Position numbers and translations under genes: made by a program. Under the pieces are notes generated by a model. It worked only from the letters and a program-made list of their open reading frames with translations, had not been told where the DNA came from and searched no databases. 64,000 bases of DNA from Mustelus asterias (Eukaryota), in contig NC_135823.1 of NCBI RefSeq assembly GCF_964213995.1, positions 682,001 through 746,000 of the forward strand. The letters run 5' to 3'. Positions 1 to 13,250 of the stretch are shown here, one piece after another (the stretch's first letter is position 1; each line of letters opens with the position of its first letter).

Positions 1-210
1 GTGAATTCCACATTCATTTGACACAGTGTGGTGATCGGCTGTGCGTCACCGCGATGAATAGACAGCATGTCTTCAGACAGTGTTACAGTACACTAATTTA
101 ACAGTGATATGTGCACTATTTCAGCTAAATTTGAATTCATTCGCGGAATGTAAACTTCCTTGGCAAGGACAGAGTGTATTGTTCTTTCGAAGATGATATC
201 CAAAGATTGG

Positions 211-965
211 GGTGGCACAGTGACACAGTGGTTAGCAGTGCTGCCTCACAGCGCCAGGGACCCGGGTTCAATTCGTGGCTGGGGTCACCATCTGTTTGGA
301 GTTTGCACGTTCTCCCCATGTTTGCGTGGGTTTCCTCCAGGTGCTCTGGTTTCCTCACACAGTCCAAACATGTGCAGGTTAGGGGGACCGGCCATGCTAA
401 ATTTCCCCTTAGTGTCAGGGGGACTAGCTGGGGTAAATGCATGGGGTTCCGGGGATAGGGATTGGGTGGGATTGTGTTTGATGCAGATTCGATGGGCCGA
501 ATGACCTCCTTCTGCACGGATGGTGTTTTATGAATCTATGATTGGCAGGTTGAGTAGATTGACCATGTTGAATTGCCCCTTAATGTCCAAAGATGGGCAG
601 GTTAGGTGGATTGGCCATGCAAAATTGCCCCTTAGTGTCCAAAGATGTGCGGGTTAGGTCGACTGGCCAGATTAAATTATCCCTTAGTGACCAAAGATGT
701 GTAGGTTAGGTGGATTGGCTATTCTAAATTGCCCCTTAGTGTCCAAAGATGTGCGGGTTCGGTGAATTGGCCATGCTAAATTGCCCCATCATGTCCAAAG
801 ATGTGCGGGTTCGGTTGTTTGGCCGTGCTAAATTGCCCCTTAGTGTCAGAGGGACGAGCTAGGGTAAATGCATGGAGTCATGAGGATCGGGCCTGCGTGG
901 AATTGTGGCCGGTGCAGACACGATGGGCCGAATGACAGCCTTCTGCTCTGGAGGATTTAATGATT
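211..965 (+). mobile_element. HE1-type V-SINE (CR1-like tail) followed by a SINE-derived 52-bp tandem array and second tail
   Basis: tRNA-like head (A box tgacacagtgg, B box ggttcaattc) and V-SINE core ggagtttgcacgttctcccc...; aaagatg recurs at 589, 641, 693, 745 and 797. Confidence 0.9.
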
Positions 966-1279
966 CTCTGGTGACCCGCCCTTTTAGACCTTGCAGTACA
1001 AATTGTGTTCACTCACAGTTTATGTTCGGGAGGGAGTGAAGGAACCGTGATATATTTCCAAGTCAGAATGCTCTGCAGCTTCGAGGGGCACTTTGACATT
1101 TTGGTGATCCTGTTGATCTGTCCCTGTCGTCTGCGGGAAGAACTCTCAGTGTCAGTATGTGAACTTGCGGGAATTCAGAATATAATCACAGATTTCCTGC
1201 AGTGCAGTGCAACATTTTACCCAGGTCCACATCACCTCAACTTTTCCCCATAGTTGCGTCGATTTACCATGGCTCATCC

Positions 1280-1553
1280 ACCTAACCTACACATCTTTGG
1301 ACAGCAAGGGGCAATTTAGCATGGTCAATCCAACTAACCTGCACATCTTTGAAAACAAAGGGGCAATTTAGCATGGCCAATCCACCTAGCCTGCACACCT
1401 TCGGACTGAGGGGGGAAACTGGAGCACGCAGAGGAAACCCACGCAAACACGGGAGAACGTGCAAACTCCACACAGAAAGTCACCCAGGCTGGAATTGAAG
1501 CCGTGACCCTGGTGCTGTGAGGCAGCACTGCTAAGTACTGTGCCAACATGCCG
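1280..1553 (-). mobile_element. HE1-type SINE with repeated 52-bp unit
   Basis: Reverse complement of head and core. Confidence 0.85.
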
Positions 1554-1709
1554 TAATATAATTGTGTTCAACCTGATTCATTCTGTAAATAGTTTGCACA
1601 TGATTCCTGATGCAAGCTGCCTAATAAAGAGAAGTGAAAATATTGTATGAATTGCACTGAAATTGTGTTGAAATTCTCAGTGAGTTGCGGCTTGAGTATA
1701 GACAATGCA

Positions 1710-2000
1710 AACTGCGGTTCCTCTGAGCGGCAGATGAAATGAATGCGTCTGTTGTGAATCAGAGGAGGTTTCTGCGAATTGTATTCAACCTGAGGAATGC
1801 TTGCAAATAATGACCTTTTTGAAAATAATCCTGTAATACGGCTTAATTGTAAACAAACAGGTTCTCTGTTCAGCTAAATCTATCTTGAATGCCAAACTGC
1901 CTTCTCTCTGCGGTTTAACATTGTGTCTCAGCTTCTGCCCTCTGGAGGCAGTTGGGTAGGTGTAGCGCCTCAACTGTAAAAAAACGAAAAACCACAGTGA
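1710..2000. promoter_or_regulatory. Candidate cis-regulatory module (3 RUNX, ETS/PU.1-like, E-box, forkhead, CTCF-like)
   Basis: TGCGGTT at 1713 and 1909, AACCACA at 1990, TTCCTCT at 1718, CAGATG at 1731, GTAAACA at 1849, and CCTCCAGAGGGCAG on the minus strand at 1935-1948, all in non-repeat sequence. Confidence 0.3.
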
Positions 2001-2829
2001 GCTGCTGTCTCGGACAATTTTCCGCCTCAAGCGTAATGTGGTCGGAATCTCGATCAGCGATTTCTGCTTTGATGTGCTTTGCACACTCCCTGAAAGAGCT
2101 GTGAGCGAGTTGTCTTTCTTAAGGTCATACCACGCAAGCATGGCCCCAGCCAACGCCTCAAACTCTCTCGGCCTGCTGCTAACCCCGCTCTCTGCTGCAA
2201 GATCTGATGATTATTTTCCTTGGCTTTAAAGGTCATAACGTTTTGCGGAGCACTTCAATCACTCTGGGAGGAGCACCCTCTCTGTTTATTTCCGAACCTG
2301 TTGTGCCACTAATTCCTTCCACCAGGGTCTTCACATTAAGATGTATGTATCTCGCCCTGGTCTCCCTTCTCTGTTCCTCCTCATTCTTTTGAACATTCCC
2401 TGGCAGAATAATTGCTACAGAATATTGCAGAGAGGCTGAAGCATTGAATTTGCTGTTTCAATTTTCTAATGGAATGAACTGTCTAATGAGAGTCTCCCAA
2501 AAATGAATGATTTGATCCAACGGCAGGTTCTAAGTGTTTCCGTTCTGTTAGGGTGGTGCATGTTGACCCTTTGCAATAAGTATCACGGAAAACTGTGTTC
2601 TAAACTTGATCCTAATTAGGGCTTTGTTTCACTAAAGCAGCTGATCCTAACGGGATTTCTAACTGGGACATTTGAATAAATGTTCCTCTAATATGCATGA
2701 CTTTAAAATACTAACTAGTTTCTTGTTTCATAACATAGTGAATAGCTCCTACTCCAAATACTTTTAACACAATGTGTTTTGATTTTTAGCATTTGAACTT
2801 TAAGTCTAAGTGTTTGATTCATAGTTTGA

Positions 2830-3110
2830 GAATCCAAAAGAGACAATGCTGGAAACTCTCCACAGGTCTGGCAGCATGTGTAAGGAGAAAAAACGAGCTC
2901 CCGTTTCTAGTCCAGATGACCCTTTGTCAAAGTTCAAAGGCCTGGAGGCTTCGTCAAAGCTAAAAGGCATGCCGGTTAGCTTTGACAGAGGGTCAGCTGG
3001 ACTCGAAACGTCAGCTCTTTTCTCTCCTTACAGATACTGCCAGACCTACTGAGAGTTTCCAGACTTTTCTCATTTGGTTTCACACTCCAGCATCCGCAGT
3101 GATTTCCTTG
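2830..3110. mobile_element. Second Penelope-like pLTR family, palindromic copy
   Basis: Inverted copies of gctggaaa.tctcagcaggtctggcagcatc...gtttcgagtccagatgaccctttgtcaaa. Related single copies at 3668-4110, 26530-26620, 35580-35710, 38512-38630 and 46770-46912. Confidence 0.6.
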
Positions 3111-3186
3111 CATCCATAGTTCAAAAACTGTGTGTTTTGGAGGAAGAAGTGACCTAAGAACTATTGTTCCAACGTAGTCCGTGACG

Positions 3187-3480
3187 GGCAGTACGGTGGC
3201 ACAGTGGTTAGCACTGCTGCCTCACAGTGCCAGGGACCCGGGTTCGACTCACGGCATGTACCACTCTCTGTGTGAAATCTGTACGTTCTCCCCGTGTTAG
3301 CGTGGGTTTCCTCCGGGTGCTCCGGTTTCCTCCCACAGTCAGAAAAGCGTGCTGCTTGGGTGCATTGGCCATGCTAACTTTTACCTCAGTGCACCAGAAC
3401 AGGCGCCGGAGTGTGGCGACTGGGAGATTTTCACAGCAACTTCATTTTAATCTAAGCCTACTCGTGGCACTAATAATAAT
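3187..3480 (+). mobile_element. HE1-related SINE, alternative (non-CR1) tail
   Basis: Head and core, then aacaggcgccggagtgtggcgact...aagcctact.gtg.cactaataa. The same type occurs at 8783-9075(+), 9255-9560(-), 11390-11665(-), 12057-12350(+), 13250-13460(+), 18061-18365(+), 31903-32190(+) and 62760-63020(+). Confidence 0.85.
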
Positions 3481-5639
3481 CTAATCTAATCGAAGAAAAT
3501 ACAATAATCGAACCCCTTTTATAAATTTCATAATTAACAGCCGCATTGCATTTCACACCGTGTCAAAATAAGTTAATCCCGAGCACGCATTCCGATGGGA
3601 CGCATTGGCGTTGTGATATTGTTATGGGGCGAGGAAACCAGAGACCCAGGGGAATGTTCTGGGGATAAAAGCAAAATATTGCGGATGCTGGAATTTGAAA
3701 CAAAAACAGAAAATGCTGGAGAATCTCAGCAGGTCTGACAGCACAGTAGGCGTAGAATAGAGCCAAAGTTTCGTGTGTCGATGTCCCTTCATCAGAGCTA
3801 AGAGCAAGGGGAATTTGCAGAGGTTTATGCGCATGGGGTAGGGAGGAGGGGGTGTGGAATTGGACAATGGTACATGAGGGTACAGAAGGCTGCTAAAGTA
3901 CTAACAGTGCCCATTAAGTGATCAGAATGCGGGATTGGCAGAACAGAGGTACAAATTGTTAAAGGACTACCAGAGGAATGTCGCAGTTGCAGTGAAGGGG
4001 GAAAGGGTGTCGACAAAAGGAGAGCTGGAATGGAGAAGCAGAAAAAATAGAAGTGAAAAAGAGGAATGATAAAATGGATGAATAAGATTAAATGAAATGG
4101 AATAAAATAAATGGAAATGCTCTGGGGACCCGGGTTCGAATCCCACCATGGCAACTGCTGAAATTTGTATTTAATTAAATATCTGAAATTAAAAGCCGAA
4201 TGATGACTATGAAACTGTTGTAAAAACCCATCTCGTTCAGTAATGCCCTTCAGGGAAGGGAATCTGCCATCCTTACACAGTCTGGCCTACATGGGACTTG
4301 AGACCGATAGCAATGTGATTGACTCTTAAATAGCCGAGCAATTGAAGAGCGATTAGGGATGAGCAATAAATTCTGGTCCTGTCATCGATGCCCACATCCA
4401 GCGAATAAAAGAAAAATTATTTGAAATTGTCTACAGTCATTTAAAGTTTATCTGTTACCAGTCAACACTGTCCATCACAGTATTACTTTCACGAGCATAA
4501 AGCAGAAGTAGGCCATTTTGCGGTTCAAGCCTGCACGAGCATTCAATAACATCATAGCTCATGGCCATACTACATTACTCCTTAGTCTCCAAACATGATC
4601 AGGACACTTCCCGCTGTGTCGGAAAAGCAGCCAGCATAATTAGGGACCCCACTTACCCCGGATATAATCTATTCCACCATCTTCCATCGGGAAGGAGATA
4701 CAAAAGTCTCAAGACAGGTACCCACTGACACAAAAACCGCTTCATCCCTGCTGCCATCGGACTTCTGCATGGACCTACCTCACATTAAGTCGAACTTTCT
4801 CTACACTCTAGCTATGACTGTAGCATTGCATTCTGCACTGTTTCCTTTCCTTCTCTATGTACGGTATGTTTTGTCTGTATAGCATGCAAAAAAATAACGC
4901 TTTTCACTTCACACTCACACAAGTGACAATAATAAATCAAATCAAATCAAATCAAATCAAATCCCAATTAACCTCTATCAGTGAATTGCTTAATTGTAGC
5001 AAATATTGACCCCAACCACCGGGGGACCGCTAGCTCACAAGAATATGTCCACAAAGAGGCAACATTGACACTATTGTTCTTTACCCTAAGAGCGACCAAG
5101 ACTGGAAAATCAATTTACATTAGACGTGTTAATTGAAAGTAACTTATTTATCAGCCGCATGTTAAGTGTAATTAATTCGTGAATGATTCAGCTTGACTTG
5201 AAGTATTTTTCTCTTCAGTCAGAATGGTTGTGGATTAATGCCCCGGTTCAGATCGTAGGAAGCTCCAGAATTTTTGGAGAACGTATGAAATTATAGTTAC
5301 TGCTGTGATGCAGGAATACATAGAAACATAGAAACCCTACAGTACAGAAAGAGGCCATTCAGCCCATCGAGTCTGCACCGACCGCAATCCCACCCAGGCC
5401 CTACCCCCATATCCCTACATATTTTACCCCGCTAATCCCTCTAATCTACGCATCCCAGGACACTAAGGGGAAATTTTAGCACGGCCAATCAACCCAACCC
5501 GCATATTTTTGGACTGTGGGACCTTTTACTTTCTGTCAGCATGTTCCAACCAAAGAAATGCGTTAATTCCCTAATGATCTCATATAGGCACCTCAGCTCC
5601 CTTCCTCCGAAAGAGAGTTCAGGGTTTCAATTAATACTA

Positions 5640-6025
5640 ACATGTTGTAGAAATCTACAAGATTATTAGGGGCATGGACAGAGTGGATAGTCAGAAGCTT
5701 TTTCCCATGGTGGAAGAGTCAATTATGAGGGGGCATAGGTTTATGCTGTGAGGGGTAAGGTTTAAAGGAGATCTACAAGGCATGTTTTTTACACAGAGGC
5801 TGGTGGGCGCCTGGAACTCGCTGCCAGGAGAGGTAGTGGAAGCAGATACGATAGTGACTTTTAAGGGGCGTCTGGACAAATACATGAATAGGATGGCAAT
5901 AGAGGGATATGGTCTCCAGAAGGGTAGGGCTTTATGTTCAGAGAGGCAGCATGGTCGGTGCAGGTTTGGGGTGCCGCAGGGCCTGTTTCTGTGCTGTAAT
6001 TTTCTTCGTCATTGTACTTTGTTTT
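5640..6025 (+). mobile_element. CR1 LINE 3' end
   Basis: FFTQRLVGAWNSLP...FKGRLDKYM plus CR1 tail. Confidence 0.85.
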
Positions 6026-6227
6026 TTGTAAGAGAGCCCTGAGTGCATTGGGGCACTTTGCCAGCATTCAGTTGTCAGTCTACTCTCTGCTGTCAATCCT
6101 CTGGACTAGGTTGGAACGATGCAGTCCCTTTAAGAAATGCATTTTAATCATGTTTCTTTGCAGGTTTTTTTCAAGCAGCTCCCAGCATTTTATTGGCACC
6201 GTTTTGTCTGAAGCCAAATTCTCTAAT

Positions 6228-6893
6228 TGTTACTGAACCAATATTATAGATATTATGTTTATTTTTAACCTGACCTAATGCAGTGTCCTGGGGTTTAATG
6301 AATCTTTTGGAATTGCTGGGTGGAGCATGATTGGCAGGTCAGGTGATGCCTGGTGGCAGATTTTATTTTATCACAGTTAAGTCCAAGTTTTTAGTTTTGC
6401 TCTGCATCTTCCAGGGCCTGGTGAGAGAAGGCAGTGTGATTCTGTTTCTATCTCTCTCCAGAGGCTTTTGGAAAGTTCCAGGACTGGGAAGCCTCAGAAA
6501 TTTAATCCAACATTCAGATGGCCAATACACAGCAGGTTAAAAAGCTGGAAACCCAGCATCACGTGGGCACAGTTGCTCTTTCTGCCTTGTCTAGAATGGG
6601 GTCTATGTTTGTGGGATGCTGTTTGACTTGGAATATCACAGATAGCTCGAAGTTAAGATTTATGCTGTATCACATTTGAATATTATGATTGGTAAATGTT
6701 ATGCTAATTATTTTCATTATATTGGAACCATGTTCTTAAATAAAGTTTATTTGATAAAGCTTCCTAGTGGGTCACGTTAATCATTCCTGGAATGAAATAT
6801 CTTATGCTGACCCGTGCCAAATTGAAGTGTGAAAACATTGTATCCAAGGTACCTTCATAAAACACTTTGGAGATTCTGGCCTGGGTCTTAACA
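6228..6893 (+). mobile_element. Possible solo LTR
   Basis: TGTTA...TAACA termini and an internal AATAAA near 6739. No TSD found, and the 5' end is uncertain. Confidence 0.35.
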
Positions 6894-6982
6894 GACACTT
6901 GACTCCAGAAAATTCTTACTTATTTTCAACCCAGAATCGTCTTACGCACCATGCGAACAAAAGATTGCCTTTACAACATATA

Positions 6983-7290
6983 GGGTGGCACATTGGCTCG
7001 CAGTGCTTCCTCACAGCGCCAGGGACCCGGGTTCAATTCCCAGCTTGGGTCATTGTCTGTGTGGAGTTTGCAAATTCTTCCCGTGTCTGCGTGGGCTTCC
7101 TCCAGGTGCTCCAGTTTCCTCACACAGTCCAAAGATGTGCGGGCTAGGTGGATTGACCATTGCTAAATTGCCTCTTAGTGTCAGGGGCTAGCGAGGGTCA
7201 ATACCCGGGGTAATGGGGATAGGACTTGGGTCGGATTGTTGTCACTGCAGACTCAATGGCCTCCTTCTGCACTGTAGGATTTTATAATTT
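6983..7290 (+). mobile_element. HE1-type SINE, CR1-like tail
   Basis: Head, core and gcagactc...ggcctccttctgcactgtagg tail. The same type occurs at 5325-5520(-), 19378-19680(+), 25556-25860(+), 31155-31430(-) and 45455-45783(-). Confidence 0.85.
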
Positions 7291-7574
7291 GTAACTTCTC
7301 AACTCAAAGTTCGCGACTTGAGTCATCAAACACAGCTCCAGTTGAGGGCATGTGATTTGAATCTTGCATGACACGCAGCCTAATTGGAGACGTGAACACT
7401 CTGGATGACAGCTAGCAGAAGACTTCCAAATAACTTCTTGTGAATGCATTCGAGAAATCTATTGCATTTGGCAGTATTTTTATAATTTTGTTCAAACACA
7501 ACATTGATCTTACAAAACAGAAAGAGTTACACAAATCTGTTCTCTTCCACAATAAACCAAATTCCATTATAGGG

Positions 7575-8484
7575 CCATAGAGTCGTACAGGTTTACAGCA
7601 TGTAAAATGCCGCCTTTTTTGTAAAGCCCCTAAGCTATTCCCAATTGCCCACATTTGGCCCATATCCGTCTATACCCATCGTACCCATGTAACTATCTAA
7701 ATGCTTTTAAAAATATACAATTGTACCCGCCTCTACTACTACCACTGGCAGCTTGTTCCAGGCGCTCACCACCTCTGTCTGAAAAACATGTCCCTTGGAC
7801 ACTTTTGTATCTCTCCCCTCTCACCTTCAACCTATGCCCTCTAGTTTTGCACTCCCCTACCTTTGGGAAAGGATATTGACTGTCTAGCTGATCTGTGCCC
7901 CTCATTATTTTACAGACCTCTATAAGATCAACCCTCAGCCTCCTACGCTCCAGAGAAAAAAGTCCCAGTCTATCCAGCCTCTGCTTATAACTTAATCCAT
8001 CAAGTCCCGGAGGATTCCTAGTAAATCTTTTCTGCACTCTTTCTAGTTTAATAATATCATTTCTATAAGATGGTGACCAGAATTGTACACAGTATTCCAA
8101 GTGTGGCCTTACCAATGTCTTGTACAACTTCAACAAGACGTCCCAACTCCTGTATTCAATGCTCTGACCGATGAAACCAAGCATGCCAAATGCCATCTTC
8201 ACCATTCTGTCCACCTGTGACTCCATTTTCAAGGAGCTATGAACATGTACCCCAAAATCTCTTTGTTCTGTAACTGTCCCCAATGCCCTGCCACGAACTG
8301 AGTAAGTCCTGCCCAGGTTCAATCTATCAAAATGCATCACCTCGCATTTCTCTAAATTAAACTCCATCTGCCATTTCTCAGCCCACCTGCCCAATTGATC
8401 AAGATCCCGTTGCAATTGAAGATAACTTTCTTCACTGTCCACTATACCACCCGTCTTCGTGTCGTCTGCAAACGTACTAACCAC
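7575..8484 (-). mobile_element. CR1 LINE 3' fragment
   Basis: ORF 7693..8484 (FADDTK, WQMEFN, RPHLEYCVQFWSP). Confidence 0.9.
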
Positions 8485-10457
8485 GCTTCAGTATTCTCAT
8501 CCAAGAATTCTCATTCTTATGCCACATTGTTCATGTGGAATAGTTTATCCACATCGGTAAGCTTCATTGTTGAAATATTCCCCAGGACCTTATTTGGTGA
8601 TGTTCGTAAATTGAGGAATAATTACAGGAATATTTTCCTGACATTTTCTTGTTAAATTCAATGACACTTGTAAAGGAGATTTAGGTACGAACTGATAGTC
8701 GCCATTCATGCCCGGATTTTAGAGTAACAAAATTAAATTAATTGATTCTGCCAGTCACCATTGACTTTTAACTCAGTTGATCGGGTGGTATGGTAGCACA
8801 GTGGATAGCACTGCTGCCTCACGGGACCTGGGTTCAATTCCCGGCTTGGGGACACTCTCTGTTTGGAGTCTGCATGTTTTCCCTGTGCCTGCGTGGATGT
8901 CCTCTGGGTGCTCCAGTTTCACCCAAGAGTCCAAAGGCGTGCCGGTTGGTTTCATTGGCCATGCTATATTCTCCCTCAGTATACCCAAACAGGCGACGGA
9001 GTCTGGCAACTGGGGGATTTTCACAGTAACTTCCTTGCAGTGTCAATGTAAGCCTACTGGTGACTAATAAATACACTTTATCTATATTACTGCTGAGTAA
9101 GAAAATGAGTGCCTTCATTTGAGAATGGCAATCATGGATGTAGGCCTACGTGTGACGAATAAATAAAGTTTAACTTTACTGTAATGTGCGTGTAAAGTGA
9201 AGCCACATGTACACAACCCATTTTCCCTTCGTTCAACAATTAAAGCTTCCAAGTTTAGTTTTTCTGTTAGTGTCACAAGTCGGGTTGCATTAACACTGTA
9301 ATGAAGTTACTGTGAAAATCTCACTCGTCGTCACACTCCGGCCCCTGTTCATGACACTGATGGAGAATTTAGCATGGCCAATGCACCTAACCAGCACATC
9401 TTTCAGACTGTGCGAGGAAACCGGAACACCCGGAGGAAACCCACGCAGACACGGGGAGAATGAACAAACTTCACACAGACAATCACCTAAGCCAGGAATC
9501 AAACCCGGATCCTTGGCACTGTCAGGCAGCGGTGCTAACCCCTGCGCCACCGTGCCGCTCCCTGGTCAATGAGATGTGGAATTCATTCCCTGGCCTTCGA
9601 AAAATTCCGTCCTCATTTTCCAATTTAAGATTCTCCTTAAGACACACCTCTTTGAAATAGCTTTTCATCACCCTTGTAAATATATTTTTGTGCCGTTTGG
9701 GTTAAGACGTTGATATTGTTCTGCGTCTTCAGCATTGCAAGTCAATCGATGCAAATCTTTGTCGTGGGACACAAGCAATCATCCAGGCGTTCTCAATCTG
9801 CCGTTACGATCCAAGAGCCAAAGAGCCGGGAGACATGTGCTCGGAATAATCCTTATCGTTCACTTTAAAGCAAACAATTGACGACTAGAAATAGCTAAAT
9901 GACGTTTATTTTACACTCATCTTAAATAAGCTAAGTATGCCCAGTCCTATCAGAATAATCCGAATTATACTCACAAATTGTTGTAACTAACAACCACAGC
10001 ATGATACCAACAGTCAGCACATTAATTGGTGGTACAATTAACGCACAAACAAACATCCTTCATCAACACGTTCAAATGGCGATTTGAAGATTTGAAAAGG
10101 ATTTGACATCACGAATGAATGGCAGACGTCCCTCCCCATCATGGGGGCGTGACCGGGATTTGACAAAGAGCAGCGACCAGACACCGAGTGGCAAGATGTG
10201 ACTGAGGGTAGGAGAGACGTGCTCTAGAGTTAGAGCGGCACCGTGCCGCCAAGAGTGGGAGCAGCGGCAGCCACAGTCTCTGTCACAGGGTCCATCCTGA
10301 ACAATTCGTAATTTTTCTGGAAGTATTGATCTCCTGTGGAAATAATGAAAAAAATCTCTTTGGAACCAGACAACAGATGGCATTTCAAACGATTGGATCT
10401 TATTCGAGGGCACGGTGTGTCTGGGTAAGTTGCTCTTTTGGAGAATCGGTGCAGGTA

Positions 10458-11050
10458 GGGCGGCACCGTCGCACAGTGCCTCACAGCGCCAGGGATCGGG
10501 TTGGGGTCCTGGTTTGGGTCACTGTTTGTGTTGAGTTTGCACGTTCTCCCCGTTTGTGCATGAGTTTCCTCTGGTGTTCCGGTTTCATCGCATGCTAAAT
10601 TGCTCCTTTGTGTCCCAAGATGTGCAAGTTAGGTGTAGTGGCCTTGCTAAATTGCCCCTTAATTTCCATAATGTGCATGCTAGTAGAGTCGCCATATTAA
10701 ATTGTCCCTTATCGCCCAATGGTATACAGTTTAGATGGTTTGGCAAATCTAAATTGCCCCTTAGTGCCCCAAGATATGTAGGTTAGGTGGATTCGCCATG
10801 CTAAATCGATCCTTAGTGTCCAAAGATATGCAGTTTAGGTGAGTTCGCCATGCTAAATTGCCCCTTAGTGTCCACAGATGTGCCAGGTAGATGGATTGGC
10901 CATGCTAAATTGCCAATTGTTGTCCAGAGAGGTGTTGGTTGGCTGGATTAGCTATGGTAAATGCAATGAGGATAGATGCTTTTTCGAAGATCCAGTGCAG
11001 ACTCGATTGGCCACATGGCCTCCTTCTGCACAGTGGGGATTCTATGGCAC
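10458..11050 (+). mobile_element. HE1-type SINE with ~6-7 internal 52-bp tandem units
   Basis: Repeated ccaaagatgtgcaggttaggtggattggccatgctaaattgccccttagtgt units at 10590-10930; similar arrays at 15280-15830 and 22665-22910. Confidence 0.85.
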
Positions 11051-12934
11051 TTTGGCCTTCTCTGCTGCATGGGCCTCTGTGTAGAGAATCCCAAAGATTC
11101 ACAACCCTCCGACTGAACAGATTTCTCCCGCCTCAATCTTTATTTGGAGACTATCAATCCGTGTTCCAGAATCTCTACAAAGGGGCAGAGAAAGCCGATC
11201 AACATTTACCCTGAACGCCCAGCCAGTATCTTGTATATTTTCATGAGATTACCACATTCTATTCTGTACCCCAGGGAATATGCACTCAACCCACTCAACG
11301 ACGGAGAGGCCTCAAAGGCATAAATCTTTCTCTTATAGTACAGCAACCGCGCAATAACTCCTGACAATCAAAATCATCGTGAATACTTTAAGTTTATTAT
11401 TAGTCAGAAGTACAAGAACACTGCAATGAAGTGACTGTGAAAATCCCCTATTGACACACTCCGGCGCCAGTTTGGATACACAGAGGGAGAATTTAGCACG
11501 GCCAAAGCATCTAACCAGCGTGTTTTTCGGACTGTGGGAGGAAACCCACGCAGACACGGGGAGAATGTGCAGACTCCGCACAGACAGTGACCCAAGCCGG
11601 AAATCGAACCAGGGAACCTCGCGCTGTCAGGCAGCAGTGCTAACCACTGTGCCACCGTGCCACCCTAAAGCCGGCTTTTGGAATCGAAATTAATACATGT
11701 TTGGAAAACGACAATTTCCGATGTGATGGACAGAGATGAAGGGGTGAGCACTTTCAGGGAGATAGCATGCAGGCCAGATGGAGCAGATAATTTCAGAATA
11801 CAAGGTTAATAGTCCACTTTCCAGTTGACATAACTTTGATAACATGTGACACACGTCAATCAAACGCCCCCTGCAAACGCAGCAGAGCTCAATTATGAAT
11901 TAAAGTTATTTCCCCCACCATGTGTTAATTCAAGGATGTGTTTCCCAGCAAAACTCCTAGGCTACTCAAAGCTTCTTCAAAAGTTTGAGACCGTGAGCAT
12001 GCAGGCAAAAAAACATGAGCAAGAAAAGACATTGGGTTCACTGACCCCAATCTAACGGGCGGCACGGTGGCACATTGGTTAGCACTGCCGCCTCACAGCG
12101 CCAGCGACCTCGGTTGATTCTCCGTCACTGTCTGTGGGGAATTTGCACATTCTTCCTGTGTCTGCGTGGGTTTCCTCTGGGTGCTCCTGTTTCCTCCCAC
12201 AGTGCAAAGATGTGCTGGTTAGGTGCGTTGGCCATGTTAAACTCTACCTCAGTGGTCCTGAACAGACACCGGAGTGTGGCGATTAGGGGATTTCCATAGT
12301 AACTTCATTGCAATGTGAATGTACGCCGACTTGTGACGAATAAATAAACTTTCAGTCAGATCATGCCTGACCTTATACTCCAGTTTCATTCTGCCACACT
12401 ATCCCCATATACGTTTTTTTGCTTCGTATCCAAAATCTATGATTCTTATTGTTCGATATACTGAGCATCGAAAGATCACTTGGACAGAGAATACCAAAGA
12501 TTTATTACCTTCGAAGTGAAGACATTTCTCCTCCTCTCATTCTAATATGAGTGTCTTTACCCTGAGGCTGTGTCGCCGTGTGACACATTTTCCAGCGAAT
12601 AGGATCAATCTCTTTAGTATCTGGCATGTCACCATCCTTCAACATCTTGTGTTTCAATTAGTTCACCTCTCATTCTTCTGTCCTACAACAAATATAGGTA
12701 TTGTTTTCTCAGCCTCTCATCACAGGACAACCCTATCGTTCAAGCATCCAATCCAAAGGACAATAACTGTACCACCTCTACACCAAGTGCATGTGGAATG
12801 CAAAACTGGACATATCATTGCAGAAATGATCGCATAGTACCCTGTACAATTGGACTAATACATCTTCAATATTGTACATCAAGCCACCGCTTCTTGAATT
12901 CCTAATTATTTGCTGCATCGGGATGCGAATTCAG

Positions 12935-13250
12935 AGTCATAGAGTCATGGAGGTTTACAGTATGTAAGCAGGCCCTTCCGCCCAACGTGTCCATGCTGCC
13001 CAGTTTTTACCATGAAGCCAGTCCCAATTGCCCAGGTTTGGGCCCATGTCCCTCTGTACCCAGCCTACCCATGTAACTGAATGGATTTTAAAAGATAAAA
13101 TGGTACCCGACTCTACTACTACTTCTGGCAGGTCGTTCCAAGCACTGACTACCCTCTGTGTGAAAATCTTGCATCTCTGGACCCTTTTGTATCTCTCCCC
13201 TCTCACCTTAAACCTATGTCCTCTAGTTTTACACACCCCTGCCTTTGGGA
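12935..13250 (-). mobile_element. CR1 LINE 3' end
   Basis: TRGHRFKV...FTQRVVSAWNDLP. Confidence 0.8.

Noticed and set aside
211-290. tRNA genes at SINE heads
   Set aside because: A and B boxes are present, but each runs into the SINE core and has no complete cloverleaf.
137-517. Many short ORFs with WSLHVLPVSAWVSSG / CLRGFPPG / HPEETHADTGR peptides
   Set aside because: They are translations of the HE1 SINE core in different frames.
1985-1999. CACAGTG heptamers as RSS (also 22, 18564, 61523 and in SINE heads)
   Set aside because: No convincing ACAAAAACC nonamer at 12 or 23 bp spacing (best about 5/9) and no adjacent V, D or J segment.
1785-2392. Overlapping ORFs in unique sequence
   Set aside because: No recognisable domain and no supported exon chain.
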